A stretch of DNA of 64,000 bases from Ruditapes philippinarum (taxonomy: Eukaryota), in contig NW_026857065.1 of the NCBI RefSeq assembly GCF_026571515.1, positions 62,001 through 126,000 on the forward strand. The letters run 5' to 3'. The translations under genes and the position numbers were made by a program. Positions 1 to 10,325 of this stretch are shown in pieces; positions within the stretch are counted from its first letter, which is position 1, and each line of letters opens with the position of its first letter. Below the pieces are notes generated by a model. It was given only the letters and a program-made list of their open reading frames with translations, was not told the origin of the DNA and made no database searches.

Positions 1-2108
1 CCGCCATATCGAAGAGGGTCCCATGTTAGATATTCGTCTTTCCAGCTGATTTCAAAGAAGGCGGATATAAGTGCTTCCCCCGTTGTGATGTCAAAGTATT
101 CCACTCTTTTGAGATACTTAGTAATATTTACCTGGAAACAAAATTAATACTGTTGTTGAATGAGTTTAACAATAATCTGAATTTATTTAAATGATACAAT
201 TCAGTTTAGATACAGATAGCCATCCAATTGAGTGAATCTTTTTTTACACAGTCTGGATAATTAACCTAAAAGGCTTAATGTTACTAACGACCAAAATCTG
301 AAAATAATTGTATAATTACACATTGGTGTTTCAGGTATAGTCAATGAACAAATGAGGTTGAAATATTGAAAATATGTTCAACAAGTGGAAGCCATGACAC
401 GTATCATAATCCGACTGTTTTTTGTTATCAATTATCACCGATCATGAAATTTTTAAACTTTGCTTTGAAAGAGAAAATGAGAGCGTGTAAGATCACAGCA
501 AAATCTTTAGACAACAAATAGATGAAGGCGTATGGGAAGACGCAGTCAAGACATTATCGGTAGTGAAAGGAGTATTGAAAGATGAAGTCAGTAGTTAAAT
601 GCCGTTAGTCATTTTCAGTTTCATTTACTTCATATAACATCTTATAAATAGAAATTCTTATTTCAACAGGTGTTTTTTTGTATATGCGCCTGGTATAACA
701 CTGATATTTCTTAGGAAATAGTGGTTATTTTGACAGTTGGCATATGCAGTAACTATTGAAACTGTCCGTTTACAAATTTTGTTACAAGTCAACATATATA
801 TTTTTTTTGAATTTACCATAAAATGTTTCTTGATATATCAAACATGTAGAATATTCAATGAAAAAAAAAAGATATTTGAGATATCTATATATATTTACAG
901 AATTCATGTTTATTTTTTTTTTTTTTTTTCAGTTAAGAATCTTAAAAAAATCATATTTTAAAGAATAATATTCAGATTATTATTTGTTTCATACAGATTC
1001 ATAAGATAAAGTTATCTCTGTGTAAAATTGTAATTGCCATATGTATTAAGCTGTCATATACATGTTTTATATTTGGCTATTTTGACAGTTTTGATAAACA
1101 AGTATACGGTTACCATGGAAATAGCCTGGGATTCAGGCGTTGATATTTTTTTATTTATTCATAACTTACGCGCTATTTCATACTCGATCGTCATATATAA
1201 CACAACATCTCTGGTTTTGATAGTATCAACGCATGGGGAAACCTGCTGGGTTTCCCATGTCATTTTCGACTAAAGATAATCCTATTAATAGACCGATTAG
1301 CACGTGACCAACAAATAACATGATTAAATCGAAATCGAGGCGAAGATGATAAATGTTGAAAATTTGACGCCATTTACCATTAAAAATTGAGTCCAGCACA
1401 ATTATCTGATGCTCACACACTTTATCTTCTTTAACTAATCACACCTGTTGATCAAATTCACTTATCATGAAATAAACTTTGTCAACGAGTGTTAGTTTTT
1501 AATCGGAAATGGTGTTTTGAAAGCGAGGCTCCGTAACTGTTCGTTGAGCTTCGGATCACTTCGTGGAAATTCCGTTTCTTTTTTTAGAAACTAGTTTGTT
1601 GTTGCATGAATTATCGTTCTTTAATAACACCCGTAATTTTCGGGGTGTATACTAGGTGGCGCTTCGATGGAAAATTGTATTTCCCCAGGCTGTCGATTTG
1701 CCGAACAGAAGCGCATAATAAATCGACAGACTGGAACCCAGGCTACCATGGAAACTGCCATTTTACAAAAATACAACACGTCGACATATGTTTGTCTTTC
1801 TATTTTGGAATTAACAATTGAATTTTACTTATCATATAAAAAATTTAGAAGATTCAATGAAAGGATAATTCTTTCCTAAAACTGTAGAAAATGTTTTAAT
1901 CAATGTAAAATAATGGTATTAAATTATAAAAAAGTAAATAATATCATACCTGTATTTTATTTGATTGGTTTTGTAATGGTCTTAGGATTTTGTTGTATTT
2001 TGACTCATTGAATAGATGTCCAACTAAATCATTCATTTCCTCGTACGTTTGTCCAAGCATAATCGCTAAATTACAAGTAATTAACATACAAACATATACC
2101 ACAAACAT
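1..2108 (-). CDS. Divergent nAChR-like Cys-loop channel subunit, subtype D copy 1 (3' part outside window); exon 1 2108..1950, exon 2 131..<1
   Basis: Manual translation: exon 1 MFVVYVCMLITCNLAIMLGQTYEEMNDLVGHLFNESKYNKILRPLQNQSNKIQ, donor CAG|gtatga; acceptor ttccag| then VNITKYLKRVEYFDITTGEALISAFFEISWKDEYLTWDPLRYGG. Near-identical to D2 (54500..51608). Integrity of the rest cannot be seen. Confidence 0.85.
1122..1745. mobile_element. Non-autonomous DNA transposon (624 bp), Academ/AcademH-like, in the D1 intron
   Basis: TIRs TAGCCTGGGATTCAG / CTGGAACCCAGGCTA; 9-bp TSD CCATGGAAA (1113-1121, 1746-1754); empty site in D2 intron (~54135 ttaccatggaagctgcc). TAG.. termini with a 9-bp TSD match what I recall for AcademH. 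Confidence 0.8.
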
Positions 2109-2881
2109 CCTGTTGTGTTATTTTATTTAAATATTTATATACAGTTTAAGTTAAAAACTTTCCGAAATTTTACACCATTCAAATTATTCCTTTCAGCGCT
2201 TTATATGATACACTTTTTTTCTCTCCCACCTGTTGAGATCAAAATGCTAAAATGTTGCTGATGGAAGTTTACAACAAAATTAAGAAAGAACTATCCTGTT
2301 GAATAGGAACATTAATTACTCAGCACAGTAATGCATGATCTGATATGGCAAGGGTTATTGATATTTGCGTGGTTGTAAAACAATAAAACCTATAATATAT
2401 TACTTCAGCAAAATGTTTATTGATTGAGTTCTTCATTTGACTGGGAAGGAATCCGACATAACTAAGAGTACAAGGTTATTACCAGAGTGGCGCAAACTAA
2501 TACTAATTCTATGAAAGTGTAAAAAAGAAACAAGACAACATAACAAAAAAAACAACAGAAAATAAACAAACAAATGAAGCGAAAGAAACAGACTTAAAAC
2601 AAAAGCTAGTCTCAAAGTTACCAAAAACTCTTATATGAATACGACATATATGTCAAGTAACATTTTTTCAGGAAGAATAAAAAAATCATTTTTTTATTTA
2701 GACATTATCATTTACTGCCACTTTTTTATAATTATTTAAACGATTTTTTCAAAGCACAGAAAACAAAAATGTTATTCATATTTCATAACTAGAATAAAAT
2801 CGGATTTGACATTTTCTCTAAAAGGTTGTCTTAAAACGTGGGTTTTGAACATTTTCAACGTATTTGGCTTGGATGAACATA

Positions 2882-3819
2882 TGTTACTCTTGGGCTTTTA
2901 CATAAAGCATTACTAAATAAAAACCAAGATGTTGGGTTCTCTTCTCAAGTTCTCATCTTTATTTACATCATCTGTCCCAAATAATTACAAATGATTGTTG
3001 ACACCTGAAACTGATGAAACTACTTGCAGCTACAACAAGTGACCTGAAAATACATTTCATCAACCAATTACTATATAACATTGTATAATGAAAAAATAAT
3101 CAATTACAAATACATATTACATGAGCAACATTTTAACAAGATCATCATAGTATGAGTAATACAATTAATTCCTCCAATGCTAGTGGCCAAAATACATTAA
3201 TACTTAACCTTTCATAAATGTCACAAATCCTAATACATATAAATCACATGTCAAACCTGTATTCAACATAAACATAGTACAAACATAACCACAACATGTA
3301 CACTTACCAGTATATGGTACCAATCACATTCTGCATTACACTCTTTCTCTCCAGTGTGTGCTGCTTAGTCTGTAAGTTAAAAATAAGTATTGTGCACAAA
3401 AGAAATATATGTGACAGTAGTAATAGTTAATTTACCAGATTATGCCATTTCAATTTCATGTACACAAAATATGCAATATTACATATACGTCTAAAATATC
3501 GCCGAAAACAAAGAAACGAATGTAATACTCATTTCAACAGAAGCTCATGTAATACAACAAATACTAAATATACATACCAAGATATATTTCCTTATAAAAT
3601 ATAAGATAAACTTTCAAAAGTTTACCAAAACACCAATCTCAACTGTTACACAGAAAAACGTAGGCCGCACTGAAAACCCCGCGAATCAGCACGTGATACA
3701 AAGAAATTACTATCAACCAATCAAAATAGTGTATGCCAACAATAAAGTTCAAAGTGCATGGCAATGACTAGAACTCTTACAAAATACATTGAAAACACAG
3801 TCAGGACGGTCTGGTCACA
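2882..3819 (-). mobile_element. Solo LTR (~938 bp), probably Gypsy-type
   Basis: Termini TGTTAC...GTCACA (TG..CA, imperfect inverted); 4-bp TSD CATA (2878-2881, 3820-3823); absent from paralogous region ~55440-55455; minus-strand AATAAA near 2960. Confidence 0.7.
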
Positions 3820-4786
3820 CATAAATATAACAATATTTCTTCTTTGAAATTATAATACACCAAACTCTAAACTACAAACACTTTAACAGTATAATAAGCA
3901 ACATCATTTCGCTTATCAATTTTAATCTGTTTTAAAGTCGACAAAAGTAAACATTTCATGTCACAAATTTATTTTTCAATATCTTTTTTCGATGCGCTTA
4001 AACAGTCTCATCGATACACATTTTAACATGCATCTGTAACATACAAACAATGTTGACTTTAAACATTTCTATAATATAACTTATGATCATGCAGGTCAAG
4101 CTATTGCCCTAGTGTTAAGATTTTAAGTTCCGAATATCATTTTAATGTCTATATAACATACCATTTATATACATTGTACAAAGATTTTTCCTTTAACAAA
4201 AGTGTCAATAACAAGATTCATTAAGAATTATTGTTGCATTGAAAACAATATATAACTTAAGAAATGCGGCGATTATCTTAGAATGAACGGTAGTCACAAG
4301 TGATTACCGATTTCAGTGGTGAATATTTCATATCAAAATATAAAAATTGAACACAATTGAGTATTGACAGGACCTGGTTTTTGAAGCTCACTCATCATAC
4401 TCTCGTCTTTATATTCATCCATTATTTACACATTCTATACAAAAGGATTTTATCGTTTGTATGGTAAAGTGCACGTTATCACTGTGTCTTACCTTACGCC
4501 TATGCCAGGTCGTATTTTCTTGAATCAAAATAATCCTAAAAAAATGTATAATAAACGTATTTAACACTATATGTAGTGACCTTGATGTTATCAACATATT
4601 ATTGTGGAATATTTGTCGGCTGTTTTTTATGCTTTTTAATCACATTCCATTTGGGAATGTCCTTTTGTAAACATTAATGTTAAGTTGTAATTTTGAGTTC
4701 ACAAGCAAATCTTAGTAGAACGTTTGCCAAGGTAACATTCATATTTTAATGACTACCTCCATAACTATATGATTTATCACTTGTAA

Positions 4787-5060
4787 GGGGCGTCCGTAGC
4801 CGAGTGTTTAAGGTCGTTGACTTCAAACCACTTGCCCCTCAACGATGTGGGATCGAATCCCGACAGGGACTTTGGATTCTTTCATGTGAGGAAGCTATCC
4901 AGCTAGCTTACGGAACGTCGGTGGTTCTACTCAGGTGCCCGTTCGTGCCTGAAATAATGCACGGAAGGGCACCTATGGTCTTCCTCCACCAGTAAAGCTG
5001 GAACGTCGCGATATGACCTATACTGTGTCGATGTGACGTAAAACCAAAAACAAAACAAAA
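4787..5060 (+). mobile_element. tRNA-derived V-domain SINE, full length
   Basis: A-box-like TAGCCGAGTG and B-box GGATCGAATCCC; V-type core CATGTGAGGAAGCTATCCAGCTAGCTTACGGAACGTCGGTGGTTCTACTCAGGTGCCCG; (CAAAA)n tail; 13-bp TSD TTATCACTTGTAA (4774-4786, 5061-5073). Confidence 0.9.
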
Positions 5061-7020
5061 TTATCACTTGTAAACCAGACGAAAATACGTTTGCTGTTAA
5101 CTCTCCCTCACACTCATTACAACCTTGCAGTTTGAAAAGCCGAATATTTTGTAGTTATGACATGATAATTTCATCTTGTAATAGATTCAAATAGCAATAA
5201 ATTTAGGGCAAATCATAAGTATGCAAATCAACAGTAATGACATTTATGTGTTTTTGTTCTGTCCTTGACCTATTCTTGCCTCTCGTTTTCGCTGTATATG
5301 TTCGGCATATTTTGTATACAGTTTTAACCTTATAACCGTAGCAAATATCACACCTACAATAATTAAGGCTGAGGTAATTGGCATTTTCAATTATTGTTTT
5401 GATTCTTCCTCCATTTCCTGTTGATATTCACCATGTAAATCCTTTACGTTGACAAAATATAGTTCCAGGTACTGTTTACAAGGTAAAACTATAAAGGCAA
5501 ATATTGTCGTATCTAATAAAGGCGGTATGAAATATCATGATTTAAATTTGAATTCTTTAACTGCAGAACAAAAAACAAAACATAATATTTCCCACAACAT
5601 TTTATTTCAAACAAATTTATAAAGCATATTAATAAGATTTAAAATGACGGAGATAGATTTTTTTCGATAAGTCGAAAATGATATTTCAAACAGAGTCCAT
5701 GTTTTATTTATTGAGGATTGTTTTTACAAAGCTTTCAAATTGTTTTAGGTTAATCAATAAAAACCCCGTAAATAAAAACATATATTTGAAATAGATTCAT
5801 TCTCATGCGAATGTGTTTCGTCCGTCGAGAGACTTGATTAAATAATATAATCAAGTCGCTCTAAAACCGATGCTAAATGATAATGGCTGTAGTACATTTA
5901 GCATTATAGTTCATTAGCAGATCTAATGAACCTGTATCTGCAATGTTTACTTATTACTTAATTTTCACTGTAATTGATGAATCTCCATATCTCAAAATTA
6001 GTATTATAAAATGTTCTTCATTTGTATTGAATCTATCAGATCGTTAGGTATTCAAGATAAAACGTTCGATAATTATTGCTTTGTTTTCAACTCATTCAAC
6101 CAAGCCTCTAAAATCAGAATTTAATGGTCCTGGTATTCCCTTTGTGAATGTACAAAAAGCAATCCTCAAGAGTACTTTATTCCAACAATTAACAACTGGC
6201 ATGGTATGAGTTATAAACTAATATCAATATAGATATAAATAGAATAAACGCATGTGCTTGAAAGAGAGATGCATGTACTTATTGAGCAAGCACAAATAAA
6301 AAAACAGCAACAACCGACTTGTTTAGAAAAAAATTAATTTTACGGTCAACAAGAGTATGTATTTTATTAAGAAATTTAACAAATAAGAATTGATAAGCTT
6401 TCAATTGAACAGACAATCAAAAAGAAAGGTAATTGTTACATCAGATACTTCACAATAATAACCACAAAGAGACATTCGTTTTATATAAATCAAAAAAATA
6501 ATCACGTAAACTGAACACATTATCCATTATATGTGCATACCTACCACACTTATGTTACTTGAATTATGGACAAGTAAACAGTCTTGAAGCAGATTAGCAT
6601 CTTATTTCGGGACGACGCATATTGTTTCTTTCTTCCTGTCAAAAGGCAGCTATACATTTATTCATTTAGATGTTAGATATGAAATATTTTACAGTTTAAT
6701 GAGTGTACCTAAAGTATCATATACTTTCAGTTCCTTTATACTTACATATTATATCAAGCATTAAAAGTAAAATATATTCGTACCAAACTGCAGGTTAAGA
6801 TTTCAACGGAGAAGTTATTTGCATACAATTTATTGTCATATAATCATTTTTTCTAAGAAAACAAGCCGATGATTTCTTATTAATCACATTAAATTTTGTA
6901 TAAATAAATATATAAATGCATAAGTATCTTTTCAATTAATGATTCAGAAGATAACCATCAGTCAAGGAAGGGTCATCATATTTCATGATCATCGTTATGA
7001 CACATTTTATGTTCAGGTCG

Positions 7021-7455
7021 AATAAGGGACAGAAAGGCGCAAAGACCAGTCCCAACCATGAATATACTAATCCGACATACAAGTAAATATTTGTATAACT
7101 TTCACATTTTTATCTTGATTCTGACCTTAACTTTCAAGCTGGATAGTTCATTCTTGCATCAAGGACAAAGCTTGTGTATCCAAAGTTATTCCTAGTTATT
7201 TCAAAATGCGGGAATGGCAACATTATTGTCCAGACACAAACATTTTGCATTTTATGAAATGCGGCCTAGATTTTTGAGCTACAGACTTGGATTTATGTGT
7301 TACATAATTATGAAAATATTTCAAAATATCTCCATAAATGTCATAGTTAATGACCGGACACACACGAGGTGTGGGCGGATGGAAAGACTCATGGACAGAA
7401 AGATGCTGCAAAAACTAAATGCTAATCGCACTTTATCTTTGCGAGGAACAATTTT
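7021..7455 (+). mobile_element. Degenerate pearl/CvA-like Helentron-associated (HINE) element
   Basis: tgacctt..., aagttatt...caaaat, ccggacac motifs followed by a GGAC/GGAA-like microsatellite remnant; absent upstream of A2/A3. Family call from recall. Confidence 0.4.
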
Positions 7456-7880
7456 AATCCTTTTATATACATATATTGCAGTTGTACTGCTCGTGTCCTT
7501 ACGTGTAAATCATTATCTTAAAATGTAAAAGTCCAAAAAAGTCAATGCATTCTTAAATCTCCAGGGACACTATCGTAGAGCATCTGCACTTTGGAAAGTA
7601 TTGTGCTTTATAGACCGTTCTATCAGCCAATTTTAACACCACAAATAACTTTATTCATGAACTCCTATGGACTCTAAAACTGAAAAAAAATATAACACAA
7701 GGGAAATTCAATGGCTTTCAAATAAAGCTACAGTTACAGTTTATATTCGCTCACGGTGATTTGAGTGGTGAAATCGGTACAATGGTTATTATTACAATCA
7801 ATAATTAATTCTGAGTTGTTCGTCATCAGTATGCAATATAGATGAAATTAGTTATAGACAAAGCTCCGCATTAACGTGTC

Positions 7881-7898
7881 ATTGGATTTGATATAAAA
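7881..7898 (+). promoter_or_regulatory. Candidate CCAAT(rev)/TATA core promoter of A-type genes
   Basis: ATTGG..TATAAAA ~100 bp upstream of the A1 ATG; similar words at the same position upstream of A2 (~40259-40278) and A3 (~59540-59558). The conservation may only reflect recent duplication. Confidence 0.25.
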
Positions 7899-7992
7899 GC
7901 GCTTATGAGTTGTGAAAATCAACTAGATTAAGGGTTGTTTTTTTTATTTCTAAGCAGTAGACTGACGATCCTAGATTTTTACTAATCACTGC

Positions 7993-10115
7993 ATGTTAAT
8001 CATGGATAAAATACCATTGTTAATGGTAATATTGAAAGCTCTTGAGTCATCGCTCGGACAAACATACACTGAAATGGACTCTTTACTAGGACATCTTTTC
8101 AATAAGACAAGATATAACAAATATCTGAGACCTGTAGAAAACCAAAGTCACGTTATTCAGGTAATTATATTGTATATTGTGTGCTACTATTTTTTCTCAT
8201 TACTTTTTTCTTTCCCTCTATGCAACATGAACTTACTTTTATTCAGTTATTAACACATAAAATCGAAACATTAAAAAATTAATAAAATATATACAATAAA
8301 CAGAATGATACTCGAAAAACAAAACAAAGTCATCTGGTTATCCGAAACTCGGCAAATGTGGTTTTTTCCAAGCTATCCCCCCCCCCCCAAAAAAAACATT
8401 TACCATGATAGCTTTACGGTACACAACCGATAACAATAGATAAGTCACCCTTCGAAGCTGTAACTGTAAAAATTTGTAATAAATTTACCCCCGGATTTGC
8501 TGGAAAAAAAACCCACAAAATATTCTTAATTCCTGAGTAAGTTTATTGTATATAGGTTTTTATTGTTCGTTACGTTTTGTCAAATTTCAAATAATTTTCC
8601 TGAGAGTAATTGCGATATATATACGAATTATCAAGTTTAAAAATGATCGATCGATTTTCATGAAACAAATGTCCAAATTCGTTACAATTTTTCTCTTGAT
8701 TTTACCCAGTCGGCCACTAATATTTCAAATACAAATACAACAGTACATTCATAATTCAATCGTTTAATTCTATAGACATACAAATACAAATATATGAGAA
8801 AAATCTATAAATCCGAGAGCAAAATTTAAATATATGTTTAAGAATGCAAATGCAGGGTTGTAAGTTAAGTTTGTATGTTTAACATTACTAATATCTTAGA
8901 TATGTGTATATTGTATGTATCGTCAGCTACTGAATTACAAATTCTCACAATTTATTTTTCCATGACCTTTTGTAGGTAAACTTTACACAGTATGTAAAAA
9001 CCATTGAACATCTTGACATCTCGTCAGGTGAGCTTCTAATAACTGGATATTTTGAAATAAAATGGACTGATGAAATGTTGACTTGGGACCCTGCTCTTTT
9101 TGGAGGTAGAGAAAAAATACAGTTGCCTAAAGACAAGTATTGGAAACCAGAGATTTCCTTAACAGACGGACCGGCAAATGAGGACACTTCGATTTATGGG
9201 AGCGGATTCTATCCCGCGTGGACCACTTACCAAGGGGTAGTAATGATCATTGCTGCAGGCAGTTACAAGACGAAATGTATTGTTGACACAACATTTTATC
9301 CTTATGATACGCACTCGTGTTATTTCCAGTTCATCGTGTCTAATCATGACTCTACGGAACTTATGATATCTTCTCCTTCACCCGATATTCATTTTAGTGA
9401 TTTCAAAGAAAATGGTGAATGGGAAGTTAAGAGTACAGATACAAATGTAATGCTGGTAAAAGAGAAAAACATAGACAATGTGGGTATACCAATGTATCAG
9501 TCATCGTTTTTGTTAAAAAGAAGGTCCAAATATGAAATGATAAATTCACTTACACCTATCACGTTTATGTTATTTCTGAATATTGCAACTTGTTTTGTTC
9601 GCCCTGAATCCGGTGAAAGGACAACATTTGCAATAACGCTATATTTAGCATTAGTTTTTGCAGCAACATCATTAACAGAGACAATACCTAGAAATTCATT
9701 AAAAGTGCCAATGATTTCGTATCAACTGCTTACGGTTAATCTCATCAACACGGTTGGCGTTTTATGGAGCATATTCATTGTTAATTGCGCGAGTAAATCT
9801 GCGGCTGATAGATATCTGCCAAATTTTCTTCTGAGGATGATTACAAAAAGGAGACAGAAAAGCAAAAATAATTGTAAAATAGTTCCTGTAGAAAATTCAG
9901 TAGTATCGATATTGCCTGTTGAGGGTACGGATATAAGTGATGGTGACATCACTACTCAAAGTGAAGAAGTATGTAATGGACCACAATCTGCTAACATAAC
10001 TGGACACGAGGTGGCGGAAGTTCTTGATACAATTTATTTCTGGATGATCATTATTTGTATTATTTTAACAAATGTCATTTACAGTGCATTTTCGTACCAA
10101 AGTTGGTTCAGTTAG
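7993..10115 (+). CDS. Divergent nAChR-like Cys-loop cation channel subunit, subtype A copy 1, intact (435 aa); exon 1 7993..8160, exon 2 8976..10115
   Basis: Signal peptide + GQTYTEMDSLLGHLFNKTRYNKYLRP; CAG|gtaatt donor and ttttgtag|GTAAAC acceptor in frame with ORF 9075..10115; WDP, WKPEI, Cys-loop CIVDTTFYPYDTHSC, ENGEW, LKRR, M1-M3 with PESGER, M4 near the C-terminus. Confidence 0.93.
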
Positions 10116-10120
10116 ATGCA

Positions 10121-10325
10121 TCAGGGGGTAGTGTTCTTTTCGTAAGAAATACGCTCTCTAAGCCAAGTGAGTCGACTAGTCATTTGTCTCTAATTGCTAA
10201 TTCATTGGAAGTCGGAATCTTGCGGAAAATTGGTCATTGATTGCTGATAATCCAGGAAAGCCGGTTAGGTTTGTCAACGGCCAAGATATGACCAAAATTA
10301 TGTTGAAATCGTCTTACAATAAAAT
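10121..10325 (+). mobile_element. Degenerate SINE remnant (Meta/Deu-type) directly after the stop codon of A-type genes
   Basis: Motifs ...cttgcggaaaa...aatccaggaaagccggttaggt...tgttgaaatc resemble the 3' half of bivalve MD-type SINEs as I recall them; repeated at ~42605-42810 and ~61891-62080. Confidence 0.4.

Noticed and set aside
737-1879. Short hydrophobic ORFs in the D intron and other AT-rich intergenic DNA
   Set aside because: Low-complexity F/I/L/K-rich translations expected by chance; frames are not preserved between duplicates.
4787-4870. tRNA gene-like sequence
   Set aside because: It is the tRNA-derived head of a SINE (V core, tail and TSD follow); the same applies at 49240.
4804-4995. 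63-aa ORF (and 39268..39495)
   Set aside because: Lies inside SINE sequence; no coding evidence.
8945-9952. Antisense ORFs repeated in A, B and E copies (e.g. 8945..9187, 9722..9952, 48373..48888)
   Set aside because: Shadows of the receptor coding strand; their recurrence follows from gene duplication.
7993-10115. Assigning a specific CHRNA/CHRNB symbol, or calling these AChBP or anion (GluCl/ACC-type) channels
   Set aside because: No vicinal cysteines and too divergent for orthology by eye; TM domains are present (not AChBP); GER rather than PAR precedes M2.
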